From: Waterburya sp.
GTDB lineage: Bacteria; Cyanobacteriota; Cyanobacteriia; Cyanobacteriales; Xenococcaceae
Direction of reading: 5' to 3'
DNA length: 64,000 nt
Assembly: GCA_965217895.1 (NCBI GenBank)
Contig: CBDCJV010000002.1
Location: 2,208,001 to 2,272,000, forward strand
In this document: one piece after another, positions 9,842-19,876 of the stretch
Position numbering within the stretch: the stretch's first letter is position 1
Layout: each line of letters begins with the position of its first letter
The notes under the pieces: generated by a model
The model's database searches: none
What the model saw: the letters and a program-made list of their open reading frames with translations, nothing else
What the model was told of the DNA's origin: nothing
Made by a program: the position numbers and the translations under genes

Positions 9842-10630
9842 GTGATGAAATTACCTAATTTATTAAAAACTTTTACTCTTGGTGCTTCATTATCTATGCT
9901 TTCGCCAGCTACAGTTACTAGCTGCCAAACTAGCAAAGATTCGCCAGTTAGTCATCAAGAATCTTTAGTCGCCACAGATAATCTAGATTTTCTTTACAGT
10001 CAAGCAATCAAGCATCAACTTGTTGATTCAAAAATTATTACTCAGTTTGCTCCCAAAAACAGTCAAGGAAACAACATAAAACTCAATCAATTAGCGATCG
10101 CTCTAGGCTACGATCATTTTAATTGGGTAAGTTATGTAGAAAAGGATCCTTATGGCATACGGGATAATCAAGGACAACCCTTGACTACTCCCTATAATGA
10201 CCCACCAATAGGAGGTTATCAATACGACGGGGCAGACAAACTTCCTTTCTATTGGGATTTAGTCAAATGCAATCTTTGTCAACAACGCTATTACTTCCAA
10301 GAGCCAAATAACTCTGGAGAATTTGCCATAACCTTTCAAGACTCTCCCACCGATTATCGCCTCAAACCAGGGGAAGCAGTTGAGTTTATTACCAACTTAG
10401 TAGGGGTCAAAAATTATAATCTACAACAACAGACAGCAGAATGGGAAGTTCTTTATACTTTTCGTTGGCAGCTAACCAATACTCGTCGTAACTACAGCCA
10501 GGTTTCTCTGATTGATACTAATGTTAATTTGAGCGATATAGCTCCTTCTCTCTTAACAAGAATGCAGCAAGATGGAGCAATATTTCCTGCCTCTGGTTCG
10601 GTAGCCAACTTTACGCCCGATCTAAATTAG
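9842..10630 (+). CDS. Putative lipoprotein, hypothetical
   Basis: Signal-like N-terminus with VTSC lipobox-like motif; 262 aa. Confidence 0.6.
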   Translation: MMKLPNLLKTFTLGASLSMLSPATVTSCQTSKDSPVSHQESLVATDNLDFLYSQAIKHQLVDSKIITQFAPKNSQGNNIKLNQLAIALGYDHFNWVSYVEKDPYGIRDNQGQPLTTPYNDPPIGGYQYDGADKLPFYWDLVKCNLCQQRYYFQEPNNSGEFAITFQDSPTDYRLKPGEAVEFITNLVGVKNYNLQQQTAEWEVLYTFRWQLTNTRRNYSQVSLIDTNVNLSDIAPSLLTRMQQDGAIFPASGSVANFTPDLN

Positions 10631-10747
10631 CGGTGAGAAATTACGTCTTAACAATCTTGAGCATTACTACATTCTTTACTTCAGCACAGTATCGTTTTAT
10701 TTAACTTGAAATCCCGATTTTATCTAACTTTTTATTTATACTAAGTA

Positions 10748-11212
10748 CTACTTAGGAATTTCGACAAATTCAAACACGTCATGACTTCCACCTCTGAGGA
10801 CTGATTCAGTGTGTTTGCCTCTGAGACTCTTTTTCTGAGATTGTTCTACTGCTCCCCATACTGCTCCTAAAGTATAGGTGCATTTACGCTTAGAACCTTG
10901 AGGTTCACCAGCAGAACATATTGTCTCTCTTGTATAAACTCTAATTACATCATTAGCTTGGTCAATTTTATCGATCAGGCAAAGGCGAGTTCCATTTTTG
11001 CCTAAAATGCTGTTAAGCTTATTGCCTAAATCTTCTAAGGACAAATTACTTTCTGATAAACGCAGCTCGTTAGCAAGCTTTTTACCTCTAGCTCTACCAG
11101 CAGCGATAAGGGCGATCGCTGTAGCTCTTTCTCCTAAAGAGTCTTCCATACCCGTAATTAGAGCCTTGAAGCAGACAATACTGTTAAAATCTCCTAAAGA
11201 TTCGCGAATCAT
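10748..11212 (-). CDS. V4R-like small-ligand-binding domain protein
   Basis: ETICSAG..KCTYTLGAVWGA..HTESVLRG..HDVFEF resembles the V4R fold. Confidence 0.75.
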   Translation of the reverse strand: MIRESLGDFNSIVCFKALITGMEDSLGERATAIALIAAGRARGKKLANELRLSESNLSLEDLGNKLNSILGKNGTRLCLIDKIDQANDVIRVYTRETICSAGEPQGSKRKCTYTLGAVWGAVEQSQKKSLRGKHTESVLRGGSHDVFEFVEIPK

Positions 11213-11280
11213 CAGCTTTTTCCTGCTTGAGCTAAAGTTTATAGTTTAAATTTAATTACAGTTTGATTTGTTTGAGAAAG

Positions 11281-11652
11281 CTATGCAGCCAGTAAAGGTT
11301 TAATATCTGCAATCAAACGCTTAATTACGAGGAATACTAAACCCTGCTTTGCTTCTTTACTTGCCAAAACTATCAGCATGGCTTCATCTCCGCAACCACT
11401 TAAAATGCTGTAGCCTGTTTTTCCTTCCACCGTGACCCTTTCAACAACGCCTCGCGTAAGTTCTTGACCTATTTTTTCACCGAGGGAAAGCATCGCCGCG
11501 GACATTGCTGCTGTTCGCTCTTCATCAAAACTGCTGGGTAATACAGAAGTTAGTGGTAAGCCATCAAGAGTTACCAAAGCTGCTCCTTGGAGATCGGGAG
11601 TGCTGCTAACAAATTTTTCGAGCAGCTCTTTAAGCAGGGAAATTTGAAACAT
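11281..11652 (-). CDS. Roadblock/LC7 (MglB-like) protein
   Basis: LVTLDGLPL..AAMSAAMLSLG..VEGKTGY..GLVFL; start placed at MFQISLL. Confidence 0.92.
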   Translation of the reverse strand: MFQISLLKELLEKFVSSTPDLQGAALVTLDGLPLTSVLPSSFDEERTAAMSAAMLSLGEKIGQELTRGVVERVTVEGKTGYSILSGCGDEAMLIVLASKEAKQGLVFLVIKRLIADIKPLLAA

Positions 11653-12010
11653 AGTAAGTTTTTCTATAGATGGTATTATCGAGTCTGAATTAGGTTCAGG
11701 CAAATCTACTCCAGAGTCTGACCTAAACAGACTGGCGATCTGACTGACAATCGACTTAAAGGGGTCTAACAATGCACGTATATTTTTCTTTGATAGTGAA
11801 TTATTATCAGCGATTTAAGTACAGTAGCATAATTGCAGTTTTCAAAGTTACCTTTAATAATATTAATTATGATATTAAGATAATACAATTTCTTGAATAA
11901 TACATACAAAAAGAATTTAAAAAGAAAATTTATCGAATTTGTAAAGCAGGAAGCTTAAGTTTTAAAGTTTTGGACTGAGGGCGTGTAATTATTGGAAGGG
12001 AAGAATGCTT

Positions 12011-12556
12011 TTAGGCAAGATTAGAGGGTAAAGACATCAATTCTTCTAATAATACTATTAAGCATTGAACAACCGATTGAGAGTTATCAGCATTTACATT
12101 AACTATTGCGGGTCTATTTAACTGCTCAATTAACCCTAAAGCTAAAGCTATATCTTCAGATTCCCAAGCTCCTTTACAGTCTGTATGAGTCAGACCGATA
12201 ATCATGGGAATTTGCGCTCTCTGCTGCATAAAATTGAAGATCTTACGCGCAGCATGAAAATTTTCGGGACGATGAGCATCAACCAAAAGAATATAAGCCT
12301 GAACCTGATCGATGAGAATTTCCCACATAAAATCAAAGCGAAACTGTCCTGGTGTTCCATAAAGATATAAAACTTGTCCAGAATCTAAAGTTAGACGACC
12401 AAAATCAAAAGCTACGGTTGTAGTAGATTTGAGTAAAGAAGTTTCATCAGTAGCATGACGATCGGTGTCAACTACATCTATTTCGCTGATAGTACGAACA
12501 AAGCTGGTCTTGCCCGCGCCAACAGGTCCAGTTAGAGCAATTTGTAATCTTTCCAT
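12011..12556 (-). CDS. MglA-like small GTPase (ATP_bind_1 family)
   Basis: GPVGAGKT P-loop, TTVAFDFG, YGTPGQFRFDFMW; G4 is THTD. Confidence 0.92.
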   Translation of the reverse strand: MERLQIALTGPVGAGKTSFVRTISEIDVVDTDRHATDETSLLKSTTTVAFDFGRLTLDSGQVLYLYGTPGQFRFDFMWEILIDQVQAYILLVDAHRPENFHAARKIFNFMQQRAQIPMIIGLTHTDCKGAWESEDIALALGLIEQLNRPAIVNVNADNSQSVVQCLIVLLEELMSLPSNLA

Positions 12557-13537
12557 CTACAATTTACTCCTTAAAAAATTAACTAGTTTTTTTAGCAATG
12601 CTTGACTTAATTTGGGTTTTTCGGGTTGAGGTATTTCTCTCTTGGCGGGGAGAAGAGTTTTGGGCGTATTAATTTCGGTGTTATTTTGAACAGCGATCGC
12701 CAGTTCACTGATGCTAGTGCCTGAAGGAGCGAGGCGAGCGATCGCCGAAGAAGATCCTATGCGGGGAGCAGGCTTAAAGTTTGCCAGAGGAATTTCTTCG
12801 ACCAATCTTGCCATCATCAAGCAGAAAGTGGCTTTACGAATTTCTAATAACGATATATTTTTTGATTGTGCCAATTGTTCGAGAGACATATTACCCAGAG
12901 CCATCTGCCAAATTTCTTGTTCTAAACCTGTTAAGCGAAATTTTGGTTGATGAATCAACTGTTGCAGAGCCGAATTTTTCTCAGGCAGCTTTTGGGCAAA
13001 ACTATTCCAGTTTCTTACTATGCGTAAAGCTAATAAATTTACCTGAGATGCTTGCATACTAACTCCTGTCATATCCAGCCAAGGTATAGAGGCTGAACTG
13101 AGCTTTTGCGGTGGAATTATTTTTAGCTGAAATTGACCAGAATTGAGATTGAACAATTGATAAACTTGATGTAGCTGTAGCTGAAAAAGTAGTTTAAGTT
13201 TTTCTTTCTCTAATACTTTCATTTGGCAAAGATAGTTACCAAAAGGAACTCCGAAAGGACATATCTCCGAGAGCTTTTCAATTACGCGACTACTAAGCCA
13301 GCCTCGACTTTCAATGAGTGATACTAAAGGTTGATGATTCAAGCTATTATCAACTATAGTAATTAGCCTACCTTTATGAAACCAAAGATGATAGGTTGTA
13401 GATTGATAATCATCAAAATTACGAGATGGATGATTTAGAGGTAGTTGAATAATTAACTTTCCTGTTTTTGCGCCAGAATCAATTAATCGAAATAGTTCGG
13501 GCAGAGAAAAAGTTTCTAAAGAACCAGTCATGCTCAT
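12557..13537 (-). CDS. DUF4388 / PatA-N (PATAN) domain protein
   Basis: GSLETFSLPELFRLIDSGAKTGKL..WFHKGRL; C-terminal winged-HTH-like segment. Confidence 0.85.
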   Translation of the reverse strand: MSMTGSLETFSLPELFRLIDSGAKTGKLIIQLPLNHPSRNFDDYQSTTYHLWFHKGRLITIVDNSLNHQPLVSLIESRGWLSSRVIEKLSEICPFGVPFGNYLCQMKVLEKEKLKLLFQLQLHQVYQLFNLNSGQFQLKIIPPQKLSSASIPWLDMTGVSMQASQVNLLALRIVRNWNSFAQKLPEKNSALQQLIHQPKFRLTGLEQEIWQMALGNMSLEQLAQSKNISLLEIRKATFCLMMARLVEEIPLANFKPAPRIGSSSAIARLAPSGTSISELAIAVQNNTEINTPKTLLPAKREIPQPEKPKLSQALLKKLVNFLRSKL

Positions 13538-13728
13538 TTGATGTAGTCTCCGAACTATTTGGCACCGTGTATAACTTGTTTACTATACGTCGCTGCGACC
13601 AATTTATGCTTGTTTTGAGTATATATACTTGAAGACTTTTTGTAAATTGCTTATTTTGAATGAATAATATAGGCAGTTTTTAAACAAAAATATTGTCCAT
13701 ATAAGTTTAAGCAATTAAATATTCCGCC

Positions 13729-13766
13729 CTAATTATTCAACTGATATTACGCAGTTGAATAATTAG
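13729..13766. terminator. Perfect 15-bp hairpin downstream of flv3
   Basis: CTAATTATTCAACTG-8 nt-CAGTTGAATAATTAG. Confidence 0.6.
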
Positions 13767-13778
13767 AATCAACAAAAT

Positions 13779-15506
13779 TTAGTAATGATTGCCTACTTTG
13801 CGATGATGGACTGCGGTTAAACCGTCGGGGTTGGAAACTCGACCGAGATCGACGTGACTATAAACAATCCAGTGGTCGTTACATTCCATCCGACTAGACA
13901 CTTTACATTCTAGATACGCTAAAGCGTCTGTCAATATCGGTGAACCATTGGCTGCGGTTTGAGTTTTGATTCCTGCAAAACGATCTGCACCTGGCTTAAA
14001 TCGTTTGAGAAAATGCTTCATCAATGGCTGATATTTGCCTTCTTCGAGGATGTTTAAGACAAAGCGATCGCCTACCTGCATCAAGGACTCAATTGCCCGA
14101 TCTTTGGCGACGGCGATCGTTAATCCAGGTGGTTCAAAGCTAGCTTGAGATACCCAAGAAGCAAGCATGGCACTGTTGACATCTCCTTTAGTTGCAGTAA
14201 TGATGTAAAGCCCACCGCTTAAACGACCAATTGCTTTATCTAAATTAGTATCAAGGGCTTTCATCTGCTGAATCAGTTCTTTGCGGGTTAGAAGCTGTCC
14301 TAAATCTGTTCCCGACTCTTCACATAGCTGATAGTCAGCCTCAGTAGGAGTATCCTTGAGTTTAATTACGGGGAAAGCAGGTTTTAAGCCTGCTTCACGG
14401 AACTTGGTTAACATCGGGTCGATGGGTTCGTCATCGTCACCATAGGCTTCAAACATACCAACTAGCTGCTTTTCTGTGGCTGCTGCTAAGACTGTTCCTA
14501 AGTTAGTCGTAATCTCTGCTTGATTTTTGCTATTTAAGGGAGGCATTCCTAGAACAATACCTACGGAACGATTAACTATCTCCTGAACTTCGGTGTTATC
14601 AGCCGATCGCAAATCGACCATTTCCACTTCTACCCCTGTTTTGGTAATTCCTTTGGCGATCGCTTGACTCAGGCGATCGCTATAGCCATAATCAGCAACA
14701 TAAAATACGGCAACGCTTTTACCTGTCTTAGTTTGTGCCTTACTCCAGGTTCGATAACGGTCTAATAGTTCCTGAAGGTTATGACGCAATAGAGGACCAT
14801 GACCGTTAGCAACGATCTTAATTTCACCTAGCTTGTCCATGCGCTTCATCGCCGAAAGCACAGAACGGGCATTGGGACCCATCAGACAATCATAGTAAAA
14901 GCGATAGTCTTTGGCGATCGCCTTTAAGTTTTCGTCATAGGTAGCATCATCACAGTAGTGCATCCCAAAAGCATCGCAGGTAAACAAGATACCTGTCTTA
15001 TGGTCGTAGCTAAAGATAGTGTCGGGCCAGTGTAGGTTGGGCGCATTAACAAACTCGATTACATGACCTTGACCTAAATCAATCGTCTCACCGTTTTTAA
15101 TTATTTGCTGCTTGAAAGGTTGATGAACTAAATCTTCTAAGAACTTAATTGCCATCTTCGATGCCACAACTGTTGCTTGGGGTGCAAGTTCTAAAAAGTC
15201 TTTTACTAGTCCACTATGATCGGGTTCAGTGTGACTAACAATTAGATAATCAATCTCTGTTGGCTCGATTAAACCTTTTAATGTGTCTAGATATAGCTGA
15301 CGAAACTTAGCGTGGGAAGTATCAACTAAGGCAGTCTTGTCGCCACGAATTAAATAAGAATTATAGGTTGTACCATTTTGTAAACCGAATTCAATGTCAA
15401 AGCGATCGCGATCCCAGTCTAGAGAACGAATTGCTGTAGTATCAGCAGTTATTGCAGCCGTTTGAATAGTTAACCTTGCTTGGGTTTTGATTGGTGTTGC
15501 GACCAT
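13779..15506 (-). CDS. flv3: Flavodiiron protein (diflavin flavoprotein A), Flv3 type
   Basis: Metallo-beta-lactamase domain with intact HTEPDH, flavodoxin domain, flavin reductase domain; ends HHRKVGNHY. Confidence 0.85.
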   Translation of the reverse strand: MVATPIKTQARLTIQTAAITADTTAIRSLDWDRDRFDIEFGLQNGTTYNSYLIRGDKTALVDTSHAKFRQLYLDTLKGLIEPTEIDYLIVSHTEPDHSGLVKDFLELAPQATVVASKMAIKFLEDLVHQPFKQQIIKNGETIDLGQGHVIEFVNAPNLHWPDTIFSYDHKTGILFTCDAFGMHYCDDATYDENLKAIAKDYRFYYDCLMGPNARSVLSAMKRMDKLGEIKIVANGHGPLLRHNLQELLDRYRTWSKAQTKTGKSVAVFYVADYGYSDRLSQAIAKGITKTGVEVEMVDLRSADNTEVQEIVNRSVGIVLGMPPLNSKNQAEITTNLGTVLAAATEKQLVGMFEAYGDDDEPIDPMLTKFREAGLKPAFPVIKLKDTPTEADYQLCEESGTDLGQLLTRKELIQQMKALDTNLDKAIGRLSGGLYIITATKGDVNSAMLASWVSQASFEPPGLTIAVAKDRAIESLMQVGDRFVLNILEEGKYQPLMKHFLKRFKPGADRFAGIKTQTAANGSPILTDALAYLECKVSSRMECNDHWIVYSHVDLGRVSNPDGLTAVHHRKVGNHY

Positions 15507-15608
15507 AGCCCCTCTTTTAACTTTTATTAAATTTTTTTACTCTCTTTTATTGTGACACGACTTCTAGTTGTGTAATTTTTTAGTTATTTATCAGACTGTT
15601 TGACTTTA

Positions 15609-15658
15609 TTGATAGTTGGTCAACATTTGGGTATAGTTAGTTTAGCTAAGTCTAGCTA
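15609..15658 (+). promoter_or_regulatory. Sigma70-type promoter and putative autoregulatory operator of vapBC
   Basis: TTGATA-17 bp-TATAGT followed by palindrome TAGCTA-AGTC-TAGCTA. Confidence 0.55.
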
Positions 15659-15683
15659 GATTATTGTCAACCATCATTTTAAT

Positions 15684-15923
15684 ATGAAAATAGCTAATAT
15701 TCATGAAGCTAAATCACAACTATCCAAGCTGATTAAAGCTGCCCTGGCAGGTGAAGAAATTATTATTGCTAAAGCGGGAAAGCCTTTGGTCAAATTAATT
15801 CCCTACCATGAGCAAGCAGAATCAAGAATGCCTGGCGGTTGGGAAGGCAAAGTATTTATGAGTGATGATTTTGATGAAGAACTTCAAGATGATCTTCTAG
15901 CACAATTCACGGGTAAAGAATAA
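15684..15923 (+). CDS. vapB: Phd/YefM family antitoxin
   Basis: NIHEAKSQLSKLI..GEEIIIAKAGKPLVKL. Confidence 0.92.
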   Translation: MKIANIHEAKSQLSKLIKAALAGEEIIIAKAGKPLVKLIPYHEQAESRMPGGWEGKVFMSDDFDEELQDDLLAQFTGKE

Positions 15924-15925
15924 TT

Positions 15926-16303
15926 GTGCAATACCTCTTGGATACTCATGCTTTAATTTGGTGGCTAGCTAATGACTCCAATCTTACTCCCCAGGCTAAA
16001 AGAGAAATTGCCAATCCAAGTAATTTAGTTTTTGTTTCTGCTGCTTCAACTTGGGAAATTGCGATTAAAAAGTCTATCGGCAAATTAGAATCGCCAGACG
16101 ATCTGGTACAACAAATCAAAGAGAAAAAATTTAAATCTTTACCGATTAATATTGAAGAAACTTTAATAGTCGAAAAGTTACCTCCCCATCATCAAGATCC
16201 TTTCGACCGTATTTTGATCGCCCAAGCTAAATTATTCAATTTGACTATTATTACTCGCGATCGCAAGTTTAATATTTATGATATTAATTTATTAAAGTGT
16301 TAG
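15926..16303 (+). CDS. vapC: VapC PIN-domain toxin
   Basis: LLDTHALIWW, SAASTWEI, HQDPFDRILIAQA, TRD. Confidence 0.95.
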   Translation: MQYLLDTHALIWWLANDSNLTPQAKREIANPSNLVFVSAASTWEIAIKKSIGKLESPDDLVQQIKEKKFKSLPINIEETLIVEKLPPHHQDPFDRILIAQAKLFNLTIITRDRKFNIYDINLLKC

Positions 16304-16318
16304 ATAAATCTTTGGAGG

Positions 16319-17074
16319 ATGATGGCGGGACATAGTAAGTGGGCAAATATCAAAAGGCAAAAAGCAAGAGTGGATGCCAAAAAGGGCAAAACATTTACTC
16401 AACTGTCACGGGCGATTATTGTTGCTGCTCGCCATGGTGTAGCCGATCCTGATGGTAATTTCCAGCTTCGCACCGCTATCAATAAAGCCAAAGCTGCGGG
16501 GGTTACTAATGACAGCATAGAGCGATCGCTAGCTAAGGGAGTAGGAACATACCAAGATGATGATGCTACCCTCGAAGAAGTACGCTACGAAGGCTATGGT
16601 GCAGGGGGTGTAGCTGTGCTAATTGAAGCCTTGACGGATAATCGCAACCGTACTGCTGCCTATCTTCGCTCGGCATTTAGCAAAAACGGCGGTAACCTAG
16701 GAGAAACAGGTTGTGTTAGCTGGATGTTCGATCAAAAAGGAGTAGTTACTCTAGAAACTGCCAACGAAGAAAAGTTGTTGTCAGCTTCAATTGAAGCAGG
16801 GGCAGATACCTATGAAATAGACGATGACGATACCGTAGAAGTGTATACGATCGCGACTAACTTAGATAATTTAAATCAAACTTTGCTGCGATATAACTTG
16901 GTGGTTAAAGATCTGGAGTTACGCTGGATACCTAATAGCGATATTGAGATTACCGATGCAGAGCAAGGGCGATCGCTTTTAAAATTAATCGACACTTTAG
17001 AATCACTAGATGATGTACAAAATGTTACCGCTAATTTTTCTCTGACTGAAGAAGTAATAACAGTAATGAGCTAA
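16319..17074 (+). CDS. yebC: YebC/PmpR family protein
   Basis: MAGHSKWANIK, YEGYG, TDNRNRT. Confidence 0.97.
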   Translation: MMAGHSKWANIKRQKARVDAKKGKTFTQLSRAIIVAARHGVADPDGNFQLRTAINKAKAAGVTNDSIERSLAKGVGTYQDDDATLEEVRYEGYGAGGVAVLIEALTDNRNRTAAYLRSAFSKNGGNLGETGCVSWMFDQKGVVTLETANEEKLLSASIEAGADTYEIDDDDTVEVYTIATNLDNLNQTLLRYNLVVKDLELRWIPNSDIEITDAEQGRSLLKLIDTLESLDDVQNVTANFSLTEEVITVMS

Positions 17075-17141
17075 AAGCAGTTGACAATTATATTTTTTTA
17101 GGTTATTACACTATGCAAAATACGAGTGAAATTTTCTGAAG

Positions 17142-18245
17142 ATGGGAAACTGTGGAGCAACCTATAATATTCATCAACAGCCTATGTTGCCGTTCTTTGA
17201 GCCATTAGATCGCAGACGACTCAAACCAGTAGATCCTCTACCCATCGGTATCAAAATCAAATCTTATAAGTTAAAGGACGTTAACATTTCTGCTTCATCT
17301 GCAAAAAAAACTCTAACCAAAACAAGTATTCAGCTACCTAACTTTGCCCATTTACATTCAGGCTCACCAAACGCTAAAAACGAACGGATTATCAGCAAAT
17401 CTTTGAATCTTGTTGAGCAGACTGATTGTTGGCCAAACGAAATCCCTAGGCTTGATTCTGGGAACTTGGGGGCAGCCTCTAAATTCTGGTGGCACTGGTT
17501 GTTATCAGCCAGTAGTGCGGTACTAATTTTAGTCTTGCCTATATTATTTCAGTCTTCTTCTCAAGCAGATAACTTATTAGATAAGGCAAAGGTTTATCTA
17601 GAGTTAGATTCGCAAACAGCAATGAGCCTTCCTGAAAGTGGTAGAACCTATTTAGATAATACTCAGGCATCCCCATTTAATCGAGCAATTGAACAAGCTC
17701 AAAAAATTGAAGCTGATTCTCCTTTTTATCCTCAGGCACAGGCTGATATTGCCCGCTGGAGTGAAACAATTTTAGACATTGCTCAAGGAAGGGCAAGTAA
17801 TCAAAATTTTGCTGGGGCGATCGCTGCTGCCAATCTTGTTCCTCAAGCTGAAGCTCCTGCTGAACTAGTTGCACAGCAAGCAACAGAAGCAGTTGAAGAT
17901 TGGCAACGAAGAGCGCGAAGATCTAATTTATATGCAGATTATCTAGTCGAAGCCAAAAAAATTATTAATTCTAATCACGCTTCATCTTATAGCCAGGCAA
18001 TAGGTATCTTAAGGCAGATAACCCCTGAAGCCAATGAATATTTAGAAGCTCAAAGTTTGATTAGGCAATGGAACAAGCAAATATATCTAATTGTCGAGCA
18101 TCGCGCAGCTAAAGGAAATTTTTCAGGAGCAATGGCAGCAGCAGCATTAGTCCCTCAAGATTCTCCCTATTATCAAGCAGCCAAAATATCGATGAGTATT
18201 TGGAAAAATCAGGCAAAAGTATTCAAATCTAGTTCAAGTAGCTAG
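17142..18245 (+). CDS. Membrane-anchored helical-repeat hypothetical protein
   Basis: One TM segment, then a duplicated A..I..DS..Y..AQ..I..W..I...A..RA...NF.GA.AAA.LVP unit. Confidence 0.65.
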   Translation: MGNCGATYNIHQQPMLPFFEPLDRRRLKPVDPLPIGIKIKSYKLKDVNISASSAKKTLTKTSIQLPNFAHLHSGSPNAKNERIISKSLNLVEQTDCWPNEIPRLDSGNLGAASKFWWHWLLSASSAVLILVLPILFQSSSQADNLLDKAKVYLELDSQTAMSLPESGRTYLDNTQASPFNRAIEQAQKIEADSPFYPQAQADIARWSETILDIAQGRASNQNFAGAIAAANLVPQAEAPAELVAQQATEAVEDWQRRARRSNLYADYLVEAKKIINSNHASSYSQAIGILRQITPEANEYLEAQSLIRQWNKQIYLIVEHRAAKGNFSGAMAAAALVPQDSPYYQAAKISMSIWKNQAKVFKSSSSS

Positions 18246-18407
18246 GGGATGCGATTATTTATTGATTTGGCGTTGGTTAATCTGGGGATAATTTTTGATC
18301 TTTTGAGATCTTAAAATTGAATTAAAAAGGCTAAAAGCTTATAGCTAAGAGCTATGAACAGAAACATTTTATACGTCATACATTAAATCATCAACGCCAT
18401 TGATTTT

Positions 18408-19151
18408 TTATTCAATCATCTCATAGGCTTGCAGCTTAACAAGATCTAACCAAGCGTGACAAATTTTATGGCAAAAAAGATTCGATTGATTGAGGTAAAG
18501 ATCGGCTTGATTTGCTAGTTGTTCTGGGAAGTTAGGATGATTGCTTTGCAGATAGTCTCTACCATTAGCTAGCCAACCTTGTAAAATTGCTCGGTCTACT
18601 TCAAAATGACATTGAAATCCATAAATATTGTCGTCAAGACGATAGGCTTGGTTTTGGCAACTATCTCCCGTCATCAATAATTTTGCTCGATCTGGTAAAT
18701 CAAAAGTATCAAAGTGCCATTCCATAATGTGAACCGTCTCAGAATCAGATGGCAGTAACGATTTTAATAAAGGATCGTCAGCGATCGCTGTAGGAATTAG
18801 ACGCAGCGGTGTAAAACCCAGTTCAACAATTTCGTGCTGATATACTCGGCTGCCAAAGGCTCTAGCAATTAATTGCGCTCCCAGACAAATGCCAAGAATT
18901 GGCTTGTGTTCTGCCGCAAACAGTTGCACCAGACGAACCACATCCATTAAGTGAGGATACTGTGCATCATCTTCAGCATTCATCGGTCCACCTAAAATAA
19001 TTAAACCATTATAGGCAGTAGAAATAGGCAGTCTTTCACCAGCCAAGGGAGTCAAGATTTCTAGTGAAACATCGCGATCGCGAATATATTGATTTAAAAC
19101 ACCTAGAGGTGCAGTAGAAGAGTTTTGAATTATTAAAAGCCTGATAGTCAT
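18408..19151 (-). CDS. Class I glutamine amidotransferase (GMP-synthase-like)
   Basis: LGGPMN, GICLGAQ, WHFDTF, QCHFE (Cys-His-Glu triad). Confidence 0.92.
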   Translation of the reverse strand: MTIRLLIIQNSSTAPLGVLNQYIRDRDVSLEILTPLAGERLPISTAYNGLIILGGPMNAEDDAQYPHLMDVVRLVQLFAAEHKPILGICLGAQLIARAFGSRVYQHEIVELGFTPLRLIPTAIADDPLLKSLLPSDSETVHIMEWHFDTFDLPDRAKLLMTGDSCQNQAYRLDDNIYGFQCHFEVDRAILQGWLANGRDYLQSNHPNFPEQLANQADLYLNQSNLFCHKICHAWLDLVKLQAYEMIE

Positions 19152-19876
19152 TAATTACTTTTGGTTAAAATCCACTCTTTGTATTGGCGCGGTGCATTTG
19201 TCAAAGCTTTTTTTATTTCTACATTATCTTTAAATTGTACTTGCGATAGATGGGATGTTTCGACATACAGTTTAACTTTATCTTCTTTAAAACACCAGGG
19301 CAGGATTGTTATCGACTCGTCTCCAGACATAGCAATGTAGTATTTTTTGCCATCTGGACCATCATTAATTTCTAATTTTCTTTGGTTATCTGGTAACTGT
19401 TGCTGACACAAAATTAAGGACAGGCGATCGCACCATTTCATAAACTGATATGATGATTCTGCCTCTTTTTTACTAATGTCTAGCTCTTTACGCCATTGCT
19501 GCTGTAGTTTTTCCTGTTCTTTAAGAAATTTAGCCATATCTGCTGATTCGCTGCCTTGATTGAGAAAACAAGTGTGCATTGAAGTTAGCAATGCCACCCA
19601 ACGTCCCCGATATAAAGACTCTTCGATATGTTTGGTTAGTTTTTCAACGGAAGTTTGTCCTTCAATAGTAAAATCTTTGGGCGCACCAGCCTCAGTTAAT
19701 AAACCTTTTTCCCATTCTTTTTCTAAATCATCATGGTGGGAAATAGCAGCAATAGTATCAGTAGTCCTTAGTGGTGTATCTTTTTGCTGCCAATGTGCTG
19801 CTATTTGGGCTGCTAATAGGGCATGGGCGCGATGATAAATTATCTCCCAGCCATCGGTTTTCATGTTGACAATCAT
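19151..19876 (-). CDS. DUF3891 family protein
   Basis: HRAHALLAAQIA..AISHHDD..ALLTSMH..CDRLSLILC. Confidence 0.8.
   Translation of the reverse strand: MIVNMKTDGWEIIYHRAHALLAAQIAAHWQQKDTPLRTTDTIAAISHHDDLEKEWEKGLLTEAGAPKDFTIEGQTSVEKLTKHIEESLYRGRWVALLTSMHTCFLNQGSESADMAKFLKEQEKLQQQWRKELDISKKEAESSYQFMKWCDRLSLILCQQQLPDNQRKLEINDGPDGKKYYIAMSGDESITILPWCFKEDKVKLYVETSHLSQVQFKDNVEIKKALTNAPRQYKEWILTKSN

Noticed and set aside
11653..11772. N-terminal extension of the roadblock protein
   Set aside because: Depends on a TTG start; the ATG at 11652 gives a typical roadblock length
18408..19151. GATase as the GatD partner of MurT
   Set aside because: Its motifs are GMP-synthase-like, not CobQ/GatD-like, and it is not adjacent to murT
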